Shown here: positions 22,280-33,635 of the stretch, piece after piece
How the letters are laid out: each line of letters starts with the position of its first letter
Numbering within the stretch: position 1 is the stretch's first letter
Assembly: GCA_002269645.1 (NCBI GenBank)
Contig: NIVC01001167.1
Span: 248,001-312,000 of the forward strand
Source: Macrostomum lignano
Lineage: Eukaryota
Direction: 5' to 3'
Length of the DNA: 64,000 nt
Position numbers and translations under genes: made by a program
The notes under the pieces: model-generated
The model's database searches: none
What the model was told of the DNA's origin: nothing
What the model saw: only the letters and a program-made list of their open reading frames with translations

Positions 22280-24051
22280 TGTCTACATCGACGATCTGCT
22301 CAAGGACTTGGAAGGTCTCCACGGGATTAGCGTTTCCGGATTTGCCGACGACCTGGCTACTTGGACCACCTGCGAGTCTACCTCGGAGGCCGCTGAGCAG
22401 CAGAGGAGGGCAGCGGACACCATTCAGAGGTGGAGTCGTTTGTGGCTCCTGCCCCTGGCCGGCAGCAAATGCACGCTCTTCAGTTGCAGCCCCAGAGGCC
22501 AAACGATGGACAGCAGCGGTATCACCATCAATGATGTTGAGCTAAAGTGGTGCAAGTACCCCAAATTCCTCGGTCTCACCTTCGACCCGCAGCTAAAGTT
22601 TCACCGGCACGCAGAATCCGTGATAGCCAGCGCCAGGAGGAAGATGAACTTGCTCAGACGCGTCGCCGGCACAGACTGGGGCTGGAGTAGTCAACTGCTC
22701 AGGCAAACGTATAAGGCAATAATCGAAAGTGGCTTGCTCTACGGCGCCTCGGCGTGGACCCCCTGAATCACCAAAGAGACCTGGCGCCAGATGGAGGTCA
22801 CGCAGAGAATGGCCGCTCATATCATAACCGGATTGATGGCCACCACACCGACGGATGCGCTCGAGGCTGAAAGCGGCCTTGTGCCGATTGAGGACCTCTG
22901 CCACGCGCGGTGGGCCATCATGTACGACAGGCTTCTCAGGAAAGATAAGGACTCGCTCAGAGGCAAGCTCTTCCGGAAAGTTCAAGTTAACAGGTGTAAA
23001 AGAAAAGGCTGGAGGCATCAGGCTGCGGATATCTTCAATATGAGCGGATTGTCCGACGCGGTCCTCGAGGATGCCATTGCTGAGGCCCCTTGGGCAGACA
23101 GCTGCAAGAACAGGGCCTTCATCTCTGGCTCCAGAGCGTCTACCGACTGCGAAAACAGGACCAAGGGCCTGGAAGTCATCGAGAAGCTTGGACACCTTGA
23201 CTGGCTCATTTACTCTGACGGCTCGGTCAAGGACAATAAGCGGGGCCGGCGGCATCGTGGTCTGCACACCCAGCGTGGACGATGTCGAGGGTGTCCAGCA
23301 GATCGTGGACAGAGCCAGAGCTGCGGCGGGGAAGCCATGCTCGTCAACGCAGGCGGAGCTTAGGGCGGCCTGCCTGGGGCTCGACTGGCTGGACGCGCGG
23401 AGGGACTGGACCAGCGCCGCCATCATTTGCGACAGCCAAAGCTGCGTCCGGCTGCTGCAAGGGACCAGCAGACACCCGACGGCCATTTCGGCCAGATTGT
23501 GCATGAGGGCGCTCGAGGCCAGGGGCCAGCACGTGAAGGTTGCATGGACACCGGCGCACTGCGGGCTGACCGGTAACGAGCTGGCAGACGAGGAAGCGGG
23601 CAGAGCGTGGGCTGAGGCCAGTGCCGAGGAGCAGGAGGCATGCAAGAGACCGTCGACCATAAGCAAAGCCTGGATCAACAGACATGTTGCAAAGGACAGG
23701 AAAAGAACGCACCCTCGGTCGGTCACGGTCTACAGCACCACAGGACCGGCGAAGCAGCCAAGGTACAGCATCCGAGAAGAGGCCACCAGCTTCAGGAGGC
23801 TCCGCACCGGCCACTCTTTAGAGCTCGCCAGCTATGCGAAGCGCATCGGAAAAAATGAGGACAGCAGCTGCCAGGACTGCGGATCGCAAGAGGAAAATGT
23901 CGAACATCTGATGGACTGCCCGGCGACCTGGAGGAAGAGAGAAGAGATGGACATCAGGGAGCTGGCGGATCTGAACACCAAGGCCGAGAGGGCGCTTGAC
24001 TTCTGGCGGTGGATGCGTGGCAGAAAGATCGAGAGGATGTAGTCCATGGGC

Positions 24052-24054
<3 letters not shown>
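22280..24054 (+). mobile_element. 5'-truncated I-group LINE (RT C-terminus + RNase H), decayed
   Basis: VYIDDLL..SGFADDLATW, PKFLGLTFD, RNase H motifs IYSDGS, AELRA, ICDSQS, AWTPAHCGLTGNELADEEA, RRLRTGH, CQDC...EHLMDC; stops and frameshift present. Confidence 0.9.
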
Positions 24055-24106
<52 letters not shown>

Positions 24107-24131
24107 AGCAGCAGCAGCAGCAGCAGCAGCA
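24055..24131. repeat. (AC)n followed by (CAG)n microsatellite
   Basis: Directly visible. Confidence 0.97.
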
Positions 24132-24149
24132 ATATGAATATGTGCTAGC

Positions 24150-25245
24150 TACCGCACGACCAGGAGTTGCTGGCGCCACCGTGCCTTGCAGCTCATGGCC
24201 AGTATGCCGGGATACCTGGACAGCCGGGAACCTCTGCCGGCGCTCCCCCTCTGCCCCTGGCAACGACCGCCAGCCACGCGCACGATCCGCTGCAACCTCA
24301 CCGCGCCCGCTGGCGAGGCCGAGGAGACCGAAGAGCTCTCGACTGAGGTCGCTGCTAAGGAAACACTTTGGAGGCGCGCCCGAAGGCCATCCGCAATTGC
24401 GCAGCCGATCTAGTGCTCTACACGGATGGCTCGGCCACTGACGGCTGCGCCCGCGGTGGTGCGGCCTGCGTGGTCACCAGCGGCGACCCGGCCGACCCCG
24501 AGATGGTCACGACGATCTCAGCCACCGGCTCGCCGCACACCTGCAGTTTCGATGAAGAGAGACGGTCTCTACAGCTCGCTACTAACTGGCTCCGCAACCA
24601 GCAATTCACAGGACGGGTCCTCATCTGCACGGACAGCCGCGCCCTCCTCATGGCTCTCCTGAGCGACAGGCCCCGTTGCTCGCTGCTCGACCTGGACTGC
24701 CAAGCTGCCGCCCTGGTGCTTCAATGGGTCCTGGCACACTGCGGCATCCCCGGGAACGAGCTGTCCGATGAGGCTGCCAAGCAGGCGGCCGCTGCTGATT
24801 CCGCCCCGGCACCCATCTCCTACCACAGCGCGTTGGCGACGATCAAGCGGCACTTCGGAGACCCGCCACTCACGCACGCACGCACCGCCGCGGTTTACAG
24901 GGCCCTCAACAGGGACCGCGACCGCGCCGAGCTGCGTAGCCGACAAGACGCGGTGCTATTGGCGAGGCTCCGCTCGGGACACTGCAGTTTTCTCCGCGCC
25001 TACTGCAACGTCGTCAACCCCGCCGCCGACCCGACCTGCCCGCGCTACCAAGACAGTCCGGAGGACCTGGAGCACTGGCTCAGCTGTCCGGCCCTCCGGC
25101 CCACCAGGCTCTCTATTTTCGACGAGGACGAGTTAGGCCTTTCGGTTCTGACCGCCGCCCCCGCGACGTCAGTGGCGCTTGCGAGGCGCAGCCTCCTCTG
25201 ACTGGCCTCGGCGCCTGTGCCCCAACAAAACAAAACAAAAAACAA
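24150..25245 (+). mobile_element. Second 5'-truncated I-group LINE (RNase H + C-terminal CCHC-like region)
   Basis: LYTDGSA, FDEERRS, ICTDSRA, LQWVLAHCGIPGNELSDEAAK, ARLRSGH, EDLEHWLSC; CAAAA-rich tail. Confidence 0.88.
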
Positions 25246-25279
25246 AGCAGCAGCAGCAACAGCAAGATCAAACATCAGG

Positions 25280-28200
25280 TTCTCGGCTGCTCGCAGAACA
25301 TCTTCCAGCAGCTGCCGGATTCACTGTTGTTGCAAAGAGCGATATGAAAGGACCGCCTTTAAAAGACGAAGGAGTCGTCAAGCTCGACTCAGATCCGAAC
25401 AAGTGCATAGAAGGTTTCTTTGCGAAATTGACAAAGCCGCCCGTGAAATCTACAATTGGAACAGAAGATACAGCTACCAAAAGGTTCATTTGAGTCATGA
25501 TGATCGCCATGCATTCGAGATTGCTACAGAGTGCCACTACTGCAAGCAGAGCTTCTGAAACTCAATAGACAAGCATCTAGACCATGATCATCTTACTGGA
25601 CTCTTTAAAGGTGCTTCCTGTGCCCGATGCAACATTTCGGCTCAGCTACGGAGGCGCTTTCTACCAGTGTTTTTGCACAATTTAAAAAATTACGACGCAC
25701 TTAGTTTTTTCTACCGCTCTTGATCGAATACAGGACTGGAGCATCAATGTCGTGCCACAAACATCTGAGAGGTATCTTACGATGCGAGCTGGGTTTCCAG
25801 TCGCTGAGATTGTTACGCAGAGTGGCAAGAAAAAGGTACTGAATTTCACCATCCAGTTTGTTGATACGTACCAGTTTATACGTACCATTAGAGGAATTAC
25901 CTTTGTTAACTATCATTGCGCACGTTTGAGCGAAGCTACTTCCTCCAACGAAACTTTTGCAGCAGCAGATTCGAATGTTCCGACCACTGAATCTCTTGTT
26001 CCAATTGACATCAACAATTTGTACGTACATGCGCTATCAATGAGACTTCCAGTGGACTCATTTGAATGGGTGTCTAATGAAGAGCTCGAGCGATGGAATG
26101 AAATGACAATTCTTCAGTCGAGAGATGACGACGAATTCGCTTATCTATTGGAGCTGGATCTCGAATATCCAGAAATAATTCACGATGAAACCAAAGAGCT
26201 GCCTTGCACCAGAAAAGTCCACTCCAGAATTCGAAGACTTTCCAGACTTTATGAAAGAACTGTGGTTCACGTTGCATGCTCATCAAACGTATTGTAGTGA
26301 CTGGCTGCTAACTGGCTATTCAGCAGCATTCATTAGCTTTCCCTAAGAGTGCTGTGATCCGCTGCACAGTTGCTCAGTCCACCTCATCAAGTGAGAGAGT
26401 TACCCTGTGCTGGGCCTAAGTGTTTACTGTCCGATGACTCATCGCCTGAGCAGGCGTGGGCAGCCACACTCAATGTCTTCCCACTCGCGCTGAGGAGGCG
26501 TAGCAGGATGACTCATCACCTGCGCGGAGTGTAATGGCTGCCTAGAGGGAGTAAACAGGATGACTTGCCTCATCCGCCCAAGTTCTATTTTTAGCACAGA
26601 ATAAGCGCGTGACTGTGCACACACACACTGTACGTGGCCACTGACCTTGAGTCACGCCACTGCTGCATGACAGGGTTGCCTTATTTGGAAGTTGGCCTTG
26701 GATCACGCGTCGCTCGCATGATTCTGAGGACCAAATAAGGAAGTTTCACGCGCTCACCACATGAAACTCACGTGACTTTTGGGGGTCCGCTCGGCTATAA
26801 ATACGGAGCATCTGGGAGCTTTTTTCTCCAGATCGCGTCGCAGCGCATCCTGCGTCGTCTCGCGAAGCTTCATGGCTAACTCTTGAAGCCTCCTCCGAGC
26901 TCTTCTCTCTCATTTAAGGTTTTTCAGGTTCGAGCAGCATCTACTAGGAACGATCGACTGTCGAGACATTTTTCAGATTTGCCTTTGCTCCGAGCGACTT
27001 CGTTATTTTATTTCAGGTGACGGATAGACAACTCTGCCGACGCGTCGAGTCCGCACACCAAGGTGGCAGCAACCCTACCAAGTCTAAGGCTAACGTTTTA
27101 GGTTCTTTTTCAGGCAAATCGATAGGTAGTACAACGGTACTATCTAGCTACTTCCGGAGCAGCGGGTTCTATTTCTTCTATTTCTATTTCTATTTCTTGA
27201 ACATCTTTAAGAACTAGGGAAGCAGTATCACAGTATCATGGTACTAAGAAACTATTGCTTACGTGCTATGATAAGCTGAACTACGTTGCTCACAGTAGAA
27301 TTGTAAAATTCCATCTGCATCATGGAATGAAGATCAAGAAGATCGATTTAGGCAAGCGCCAGTTTTTCAGCCGTACATCGAGGGCAACAGCAAGAAGCGA
27401 GCATTGGCAGCTAGCGAGTTTGAAAAGGACTATTACAAGTTGAAAAATAACGCTCTTTTCGGCAATACGATGGAAATGTCAGAAAGCGGCAAGTAGTTAG
27501 AGTCTCACATCAGCCCGAGCGCCAAATTTGAAATCCTTCTCTATCATTACAAATAATCTAGTCGTCTTTCAGTTTTCAAAGACAACTGTGACGCTTGACC
27601 GTCCAATATTCATTGGCCAGTGTGTCTTAGATGAGTCTAAATTAAGCATGTACTCACTTTTCAACGACCGATTAAAACCCCTGTTTCGCGATCCATCCGT
27701 TGGCCAAACCATTAACTTACGTGGAGGAGACAGACTCTTTCTGAGTTTTAAGTACCTTGATCTTTACGGTTACGTCTTGCCTTAGCTAATCGAACAACAA
27801 CTGCACGACACATCCAACTAACCAGCTGAACATCCGCTAAAAGTCGGATGACCTGCAGGCTCGATTGGGTTGCGTGAAGAATGAATCCGCTGGTTGCCAG
27901 CACGAGGAATGGATTCTTCTTCGACCGAAACTATACTCTATGAAAGCCAACCACAACGCTAAAAAGACGGCTAAAGGGATACAAAGATGTGTGCTACAAG
28001 CAGAAATTTCGCACGATGATTATCGACAGGCCTATGAGCAGCTGAAACAGATGGATGTTCAAGTTAGGGGAATCGGCAGTCGTCGACACAGGCTCTTCAC
28101 TATGGAACAAACCAAACGCGCTCTACTGATTTGGAAGACAAGAGAGCTTGGCTAGGACCAAATCAGAGCCTACCGTTTGGTCACTATGCTTTGTTGAAAT
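25280..28200 (+). pseudogene. Polinton/Maverick protein-primed family B DNA polymerase with EndoVII-like segment; fragmented
   Basis: CHYC..DHDHLTG...CARCN, VFLHNLKNYDA, FVDTYQF, DINNLY..ALSMRLP, KLKNNALFG, RPIFIGQCVLDESKLSMY, LRPKLYS, AKGIQR; many stops and frameshifts. Confidence 0.85.
26293..27232 (+). mobile_element. Solo LTR (Gypsy-like) inserted in the Polinton PolB
   Basis: Starts TGTAGTGA and ends TATCACA; 4-bp TSD GTAT at 26289-26292 and 27233-27236; TATA-like ctataaata at ~26797. Removing it rejoins PolB (TYHGTKKLLLTCYDKLNYV). Confidence 0.85.
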
Positions 28201-29199
28201 CGAACAGCTCGAAGCGTCCACGTCAGGCTCCTACACTAGCGAGCGACGTTAAGAGAATCCGCCAGGAGTTTTAACTGACTAATTACCTAAATACTTGCTG
28301 ATTCTTTCACATTTATTATGACATTTGTCAGTTTATTGAAAATGAACTAAATTTTCTTTGTAAAGAAAAATCAAAACTATAAGTACCTTGATCAAGCTAC
28401 GTTCTAAATATTTTTACAATGCTTATTTCAGAGTTCGCATACTTATTTTCAATCGGGCAATAAATTAGCCTTTCAATGCCTCAACCATTTTTAATGTTTT
28501 GACTGTCAGTGTTGCTTCACTTTTCCTGGCTTTGAAAAGCTCCTCAAGTCGCTTAACTACATGTAGCCTACTGTTAGATATCTTAGGCTCTCTAAACTAA
28601 TCCAAAAGTGTATGCGCTTTTTTCAATTTGCTTAATTTGATAAGAATGTGGCCATTATGGCTATTCACCTTTTGCAGTATCTAGTTGAGTAGCTACACTG
28701 TCGCAGTTCTTGAATTACGTGTTTTTGTTTATTTTATAAATCTTGCTTTGCATTTTACCCTACTGTGCTGCCCTTTATAAATTATCGGACTAACTTTTCA
28801 TGTACCTTACTTTCCGATATTCATTTTATTTTGACCATGTTTATATTGCTTCTTAAATGTACTTTCATTTCTATGTAGTTTTTGTTTTACATAATGGTCT
28901 TACTATCTTAAAGCGTGTAATTTAAAAAAATAAACCGTGAAACGAATTTCAGTCCTGGATTTGCTCAACCATTCTCAAATCACTTAATTTGCAGAAAACC
29001 TTCGAGTTTATTTATTCATGGACAAACTGAGACAGCAAGCATTGCAAAAAATTGAATCAGATCGTAGCATACGCATAGATTTTGCGCCACAGAGAATGTA
29101 AGACCCAGTGTGAAAAAGTAAGCACTTGTAGTACTGAATTTTGCAGGAAAGTGCAGAAAAAGTTTCTGGTTTGTACTGACCCTTTTGTACCATCATAGC

Positions 29200-29621
29200 T
29201 AAAGCAGAAAGAGGCAGCACATTGTTAATTTCAAGTCTTCCATGAGCAGTAATAGTTTTAATTCGAACACAAAGTTAGCACTTTGAACTCTGTTTATATT
29301 GCCTCGGAGCCAAAAGCCATTTGTTTTAATCTCTCGAAACAAATTATAAACCAGAGATTAAATTTTAGGTTTCCAGCCGAGGGAGTTAAACAACTCAATG
29401 CAATTTCCTTGCCCAACATAGCATACCACCCAGTGACCAAATGAGCCATTCTGCTGAAGTAGGACAAAAACAAACTTGTTTTCAAGGTAAATTGATGATC
29501 GAAGTTTTCTTTTTACATTCAAGGGCAGAGAATTTTTATAGCGCAAATGTAAAGTAACTATGAGAAATTTTTGGCAACACAAAAAATTTCTGACGAGATT
29601 AAATAGCTGAACTGCGTCCAT
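29200..29621 (-). pseudogene. Polinton adenain-like cysteine protease, decayed
   Basis: GHWV...IELFNSLG matches the adenain His and acidic/aromatic motifs; C-terminal Q...C region is disrupted; sits directly after the capsid ORF. Confidence 0.65.
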
Positions 29622-29626
29622 GCCAG

Positions 29627-30130
29627 TTAAGAGGAATAGTCTAGCAAAAGCTCTCGGTGCTTGGTGACCTCAATCAGCGATTCATACAGGCACATAACAA
29701 TCAGGGACACCGCTTCATTCAGAGCCTGTTGGAAGCGAATCTCCAACGCAGGTTGCCCTCCTTCTGTCCGTACCACAGAGCCGCTCCCTCGGGTGTGAGA
29801 TCGAATGCAAACACCGTGTTGTTGTTGGAGGGGATAGGGGATCCACGGAACCGAATTCGTGTGGCTTGCAGATTGACAGCTTTTTAGGTAGTGTAAGTAG
29901 TATTCTCTTACAAAGGATTTGTTTTCAGGTGTGAAGGCGCCGTGGCACACTGTTTCCTCACCTTTCTTTAGAGCCAACCGGCTGAGGTTGAAGCTCTGGA
30001 ACTGGAACGGGCTCGAGTGATGATGACCATTGAATGCTCGGTGGCTCACGAAGGCCAGCATGATGAACTTCGGCAATTTTTTAATGAAAGAATCCTTCAA
30101 TGTTTTTAGACTGGATACCCTGGGGTCGAT
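29627..30130 (-). pseudogene. Polinton major capsid protein, C-terminal part
   Basis: LPKFIMLAFVSHRAFNG...PFQFQSFNL and LEIRFQQALNEAVSLIV...ESLIEVTKHRELLLDY fit the Polinton MCP C-terminus; N-terminus missing. Confidence 0.8.
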
Positions 30131-30664
30131 CAGTGAGTGTGGCTGTGAATGAGGCAGTGAATGAGGCTGTGATAGTGAGTGAGGCATATTGTACCTAATC
30201 TATGTTTCATGCTGGTTAATGCGCATGTTTTATTTTGAATCAAAGTAATTTGGTGTCAAAATGAGTCACTACTGAAGTGAGGCAGTCCACCCCTTTGAGT
30301 CTAAAAGCATAGTGGATTTGACACGTACTATGAACGTGAAATATTTTGACCACCCCATTTCGAACCAATGAAAATTAGAGTGAACTTGTTGATGTCGGAC
30401 ATAAAGTCGAACATGATGTCGAATATAAAATGGGACTTCAGTTGGCCTTTCAAAGAACCAGATTTCTAATTGTCAATTAATTTCATTTTTTCAATAAATT
30501 AATCCAAATGTCCAAACAATTGGAGTTCATAAAACAGCTGATAAGCCGCAAAGGCAAATTCTATGACGTCGCTAAGCGGCAAAAGTCGTTTGAGAAAGAG
30601 CTCGCCGCGTCTGATCGATTCCAGTTAATGGTAAGTGAAGGTGAAGAGCAATATTTTTACCAAT

Positions 30665-30740
30665 AACTGCCCTGTCTCTACCATTCTGCCCTGTCTCTAC
30701 CATTCTGCCCTGTCTCCACTATTCTGCCCTGTCTGTACCA
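30665..30740. repeat. Intronic ~19-bp tandem repeat (ctgccctgtctctaccatt)
   Basis: Four visible copies. Confidence 0.85.
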
Positions 30741-31724
30741 ATTTCTACCAACAACTGCAATTTTTCTACTCAGACCGATACGTCACAACCCGACTCAGCT
30801 GAGCAGCCGCCCGGTCCAGCTGAGCAGCCCAAGTCGCGTGCCGGGCAGGAGTACATTTGCCCATTCGGTGACTGCCTGCCAATAAAAGAGTCCCGTTTTA
30901 GTGACCACATAAAAAGGGCGCATCTGAATCTGCTCGAAGAGACAAAACAAAATCTGGCAAAGGATGGGGTTCCTGCATTTCTTCTACACAAAAGAGCCCT
31001 CCAGATTCTGCGTGCTTCTGGGAAGCTCAACACGCATCAGCTGACTGCCGGCCCAATGGCAGAGAAGGCGGTACAGTGCGACATCTAAGGCGAGTGGCGC
31101 AACGACAGAAATTTGCTGGCGAGCCATACACACAACAGCCACCCAGACGCAGCAAGAGCTGCAAAGGAGCAGAAGCTGGCTGAGGCCAGAAGCAGAGTGC
31201 CGGCTAGACCAGCCGTGGCCGAGCACCCGTCGACAGACGACGTTGAGGCACTCTGTGCGTTCTTGGCCAGCTCTCTCGGTGGGCGCAAGAAGCCGGCAAC
31301 GGTACTCGAAATTCGGTGCTACCTGAAGTGGCTGATGCGTTCACTTGACATAGAGTCATTCAAATCACTGGTCATCGAAGACCAGCGCGACCGAATCAGC
31401 GCATATTTGGACAACCAGACCTATCCGATCCTCAAGCAGAGCGTCTTAGAACTCGAAAAAGTCGGCAACTTTCTGGTCACCCGACGCTATCAGCAAGTGA
31501 TTGATGATGGGCTGCTGCAGCACCTAAAATCGTACAGGCAGTCGACAAAAAATTGGACTGCTAGTTCCATGGGTCCCAAGGCGAAATATTACGCGGACCT
31601 GATGGACCGGAAAGAAGAAGAGCTCCTGACCGGCGACCAAATTAAGGCCGTCTTCGAAATGAAGACCACCGTACTGGAGGAGGCTAGGTGCACAAAAGAC
31701 CGGTGCGTTCTTATAATCTTTGAA

Positions 31725-31850
31725 ATGGCACTCAGTTTTGAAAATGGCACTTAGTTTTGAAAATGGCACTTAGTTTTGAAAATGGCGCTTAGTTTTGAAA
31801 ATGGCACTTAGATTTTGAAGTGGCACCTAATCTTTGAAATGGCACTTAAT
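31725..31850. repeat. ~19-bp tandem repeat (ttttgaaaatggcacttag) interrupting the YR gene
   Basis: About six copies. Confidence 0.9.
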
Positions 31851-32755
31851 CATGGGATTAAAAAATCTTGGCCTCAACATTGACACAGGACGGTGACATT
31901 CCTGGCCATCAGGATGTGCATTTGTTTCGGCGATGGAAACGCAAAACCGGCAGGGCGTGGCCTCCGCCTGCAAAATTTCGGACGCACGCCGGTGGCTGAA
32001 GTCGCCGAATGAGCTTTTTGAAGTTATAGAGCACAAGTCAAATGAGGGCCACGGCTCAGCGTGGGCAAGTGTAACACCGTGCGCAGATTTGGTGATGCAG
32101 GTCCTGGTGCAACGATTTGCGAAGAGCCGAGCGACGACGCTCAGGCGTTTGTATTTCGGTACGGCTCATTGGACCGCCTATTTTACCAGGATAGAAAAAG
32201 GTACTCACCGCTGCTGAACAATGTCACTATTTCTAAATTCCGCGAGTGGCTGGAAGTGATGGGCCTGGAAAACGCCACGGCGGAAGAACAGCGCTTGATG
32301 GCAGATCACCAGAACCACACCGAAGGAGTGCAGCGCCGCTTTTACCATGTGAGAATTAATCAATTTGTCTTTAAAATCGCTTCACGAGCTAGGAATTTCT
32401 CAAGCTCTTTGAAAGGCTTCACTATATAGTATTTTGTGAAGTTTAGTGTTTATGAAACAAAAAGCTCCGAATAAGAATGTATTTTAAAAATTAAGTTTGC
32501 TTTTATTATTATTAACATTTTCATCCCACCACGCAATCTAATCAGACCCAGACTAAGAAAAGAAGAGAGAATGGCCGCCAGCTCACAAAGCGACTGGTCA
32601 CAGAGGGCGCCGGCGTGCGTGAAGAGGACGTCAACGCCAAGGCTCCGCTGCTCGGCAATGACCTGCAATCGGCTGCTGGCAGCTTAGCGAGCAGAATTAC
32701 CAGCGCCGCCAGTGAGTGCATTATTGTTAAATAAGCTTTGTGAATTGAGATTTTC

Positions 32756-33050
32756 GTGAATTTTGACCTCAGTGAACTTTGTCAATTTGGCCAAGTGAAT
32801 CAGGACCTCAGGACCCTAGGTTACTATGAGTTGCTCAGAACTGAGGACGGTGTACGCAAGGTAGACTTATCTATGGGGCAGACTGATCCAAAGGTAGTCT
32901 TGCCCAAGTCTCTGGATAGTGAAGTATTTCACCAAATCCATGATTCACCGTTAGCGGGACACCTAGGTCGAGATAAAACTTCCCAGAAAATTAAAACTCG
33001 ATTCTGGAGGCCAGGATTAGCAACAGCAGTTATATCGATATATCTGACTC
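32756..33050 (+). mobile_element. Gypsy integrase zinc-binding domain fragment
   Basis: VVLPKSL..EVFHQIHDSPLAGHLGRDKT..KIKTRFWRPGL is the Gypsy INT HHCC N-terminal pattern; the Cys pair is absent. Confidence 0.7.
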
Positions 33051-33111
33051 CAGCGATGAGCCGAACGATACGCAGGCTATAATCACTGTACTTCGCTCAA
33101 ACCAGCGTCTG

Positions 33112-33372
33112 TTGCTGCTAAAGCCGGGCAAATTAGTTCTAGCTAAGTCAAAGGGTCACCAATACTGGCCAGCAGAAGTGACGAAGCGCCCAAGGTCAGG
33201 AACATATTTTAAAAAACATCATAATATGTCATGCGACTCGATTCACGTGCTCGAGCCTCGCACCCGTGACTGGGTTAACGACTTCAAGCCATTTTTTCCG
33301 ATTTCGAGCAGCGAAATGCCCGATGACCTTAAAAAAGCCTTCGACCTGGTCAAGTTAAGAATGAGCAAATAA
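33112..33372 (+). CDS. PWWP-like domain exon/ORF
   Basis: PGKLVLAKSKGHQYWPAEV matches the PWWP signature G.LVWAK.KG.PWWPA.V; ends with an LKKAFD helix. Confidence 0.65.
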   Translation: MLLKPGKLVLAKSKGHQYWPAEVTKRPRSGTYFKKHHNMSCDSIHVLEPRTRDWVNDFKPFFPISSSEMPDDLKKAFDLVKLRMSK

Positions 33373-33494
33373 GTTTTCAAAGTCCTTACTTGCATGTACG
33401 GGGCCACTAGCAAAAAAGAGAAAAAATAGTTTATATAAATGTGAAGTGCACTTTCTAGTCTGAACAGGACCAAAGCTCACACAGCTATCTTTTA

Positions 33495-33635
33495 CATGCA
33501 GTTTAGTGAATGGGTTCTGTCACAATTTGCATGGCAGTTTAGTGAATGGGTTCTGTCACAATTTGCATGGCAGTTTAGTGAATGGGTTCTGTCACAATTT
33601 GCATGGCAGTTTAGTGAATGGGTTCTGTCACAGTT
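33495..33635. repeat. ~37-bp tandem repeat (catggcagtttagtgaatgggttctgtcacaatttg)
   Basis: About four near-identical copies. Confidence 0.93.

Larger units (their letters stand above)
30508..32711 (+). pseudogene. Spliced C2H2 zinc-finger + tyrosine recombinase gene (non-DUF3504 type), frameshifted
   Basis: Exon 1 at 30508-30630 (|gtaagt). Exon 2 from 30774 has CPFGDC...HIKRAH and a second broken finger. YR-like motifs: FLASSLGGRK, NRQGV, IEHKS..G.A, TISKFR, ADHQNHT..QRRFY. A further exon lies at 32546-32711. Confidence 0.6.
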
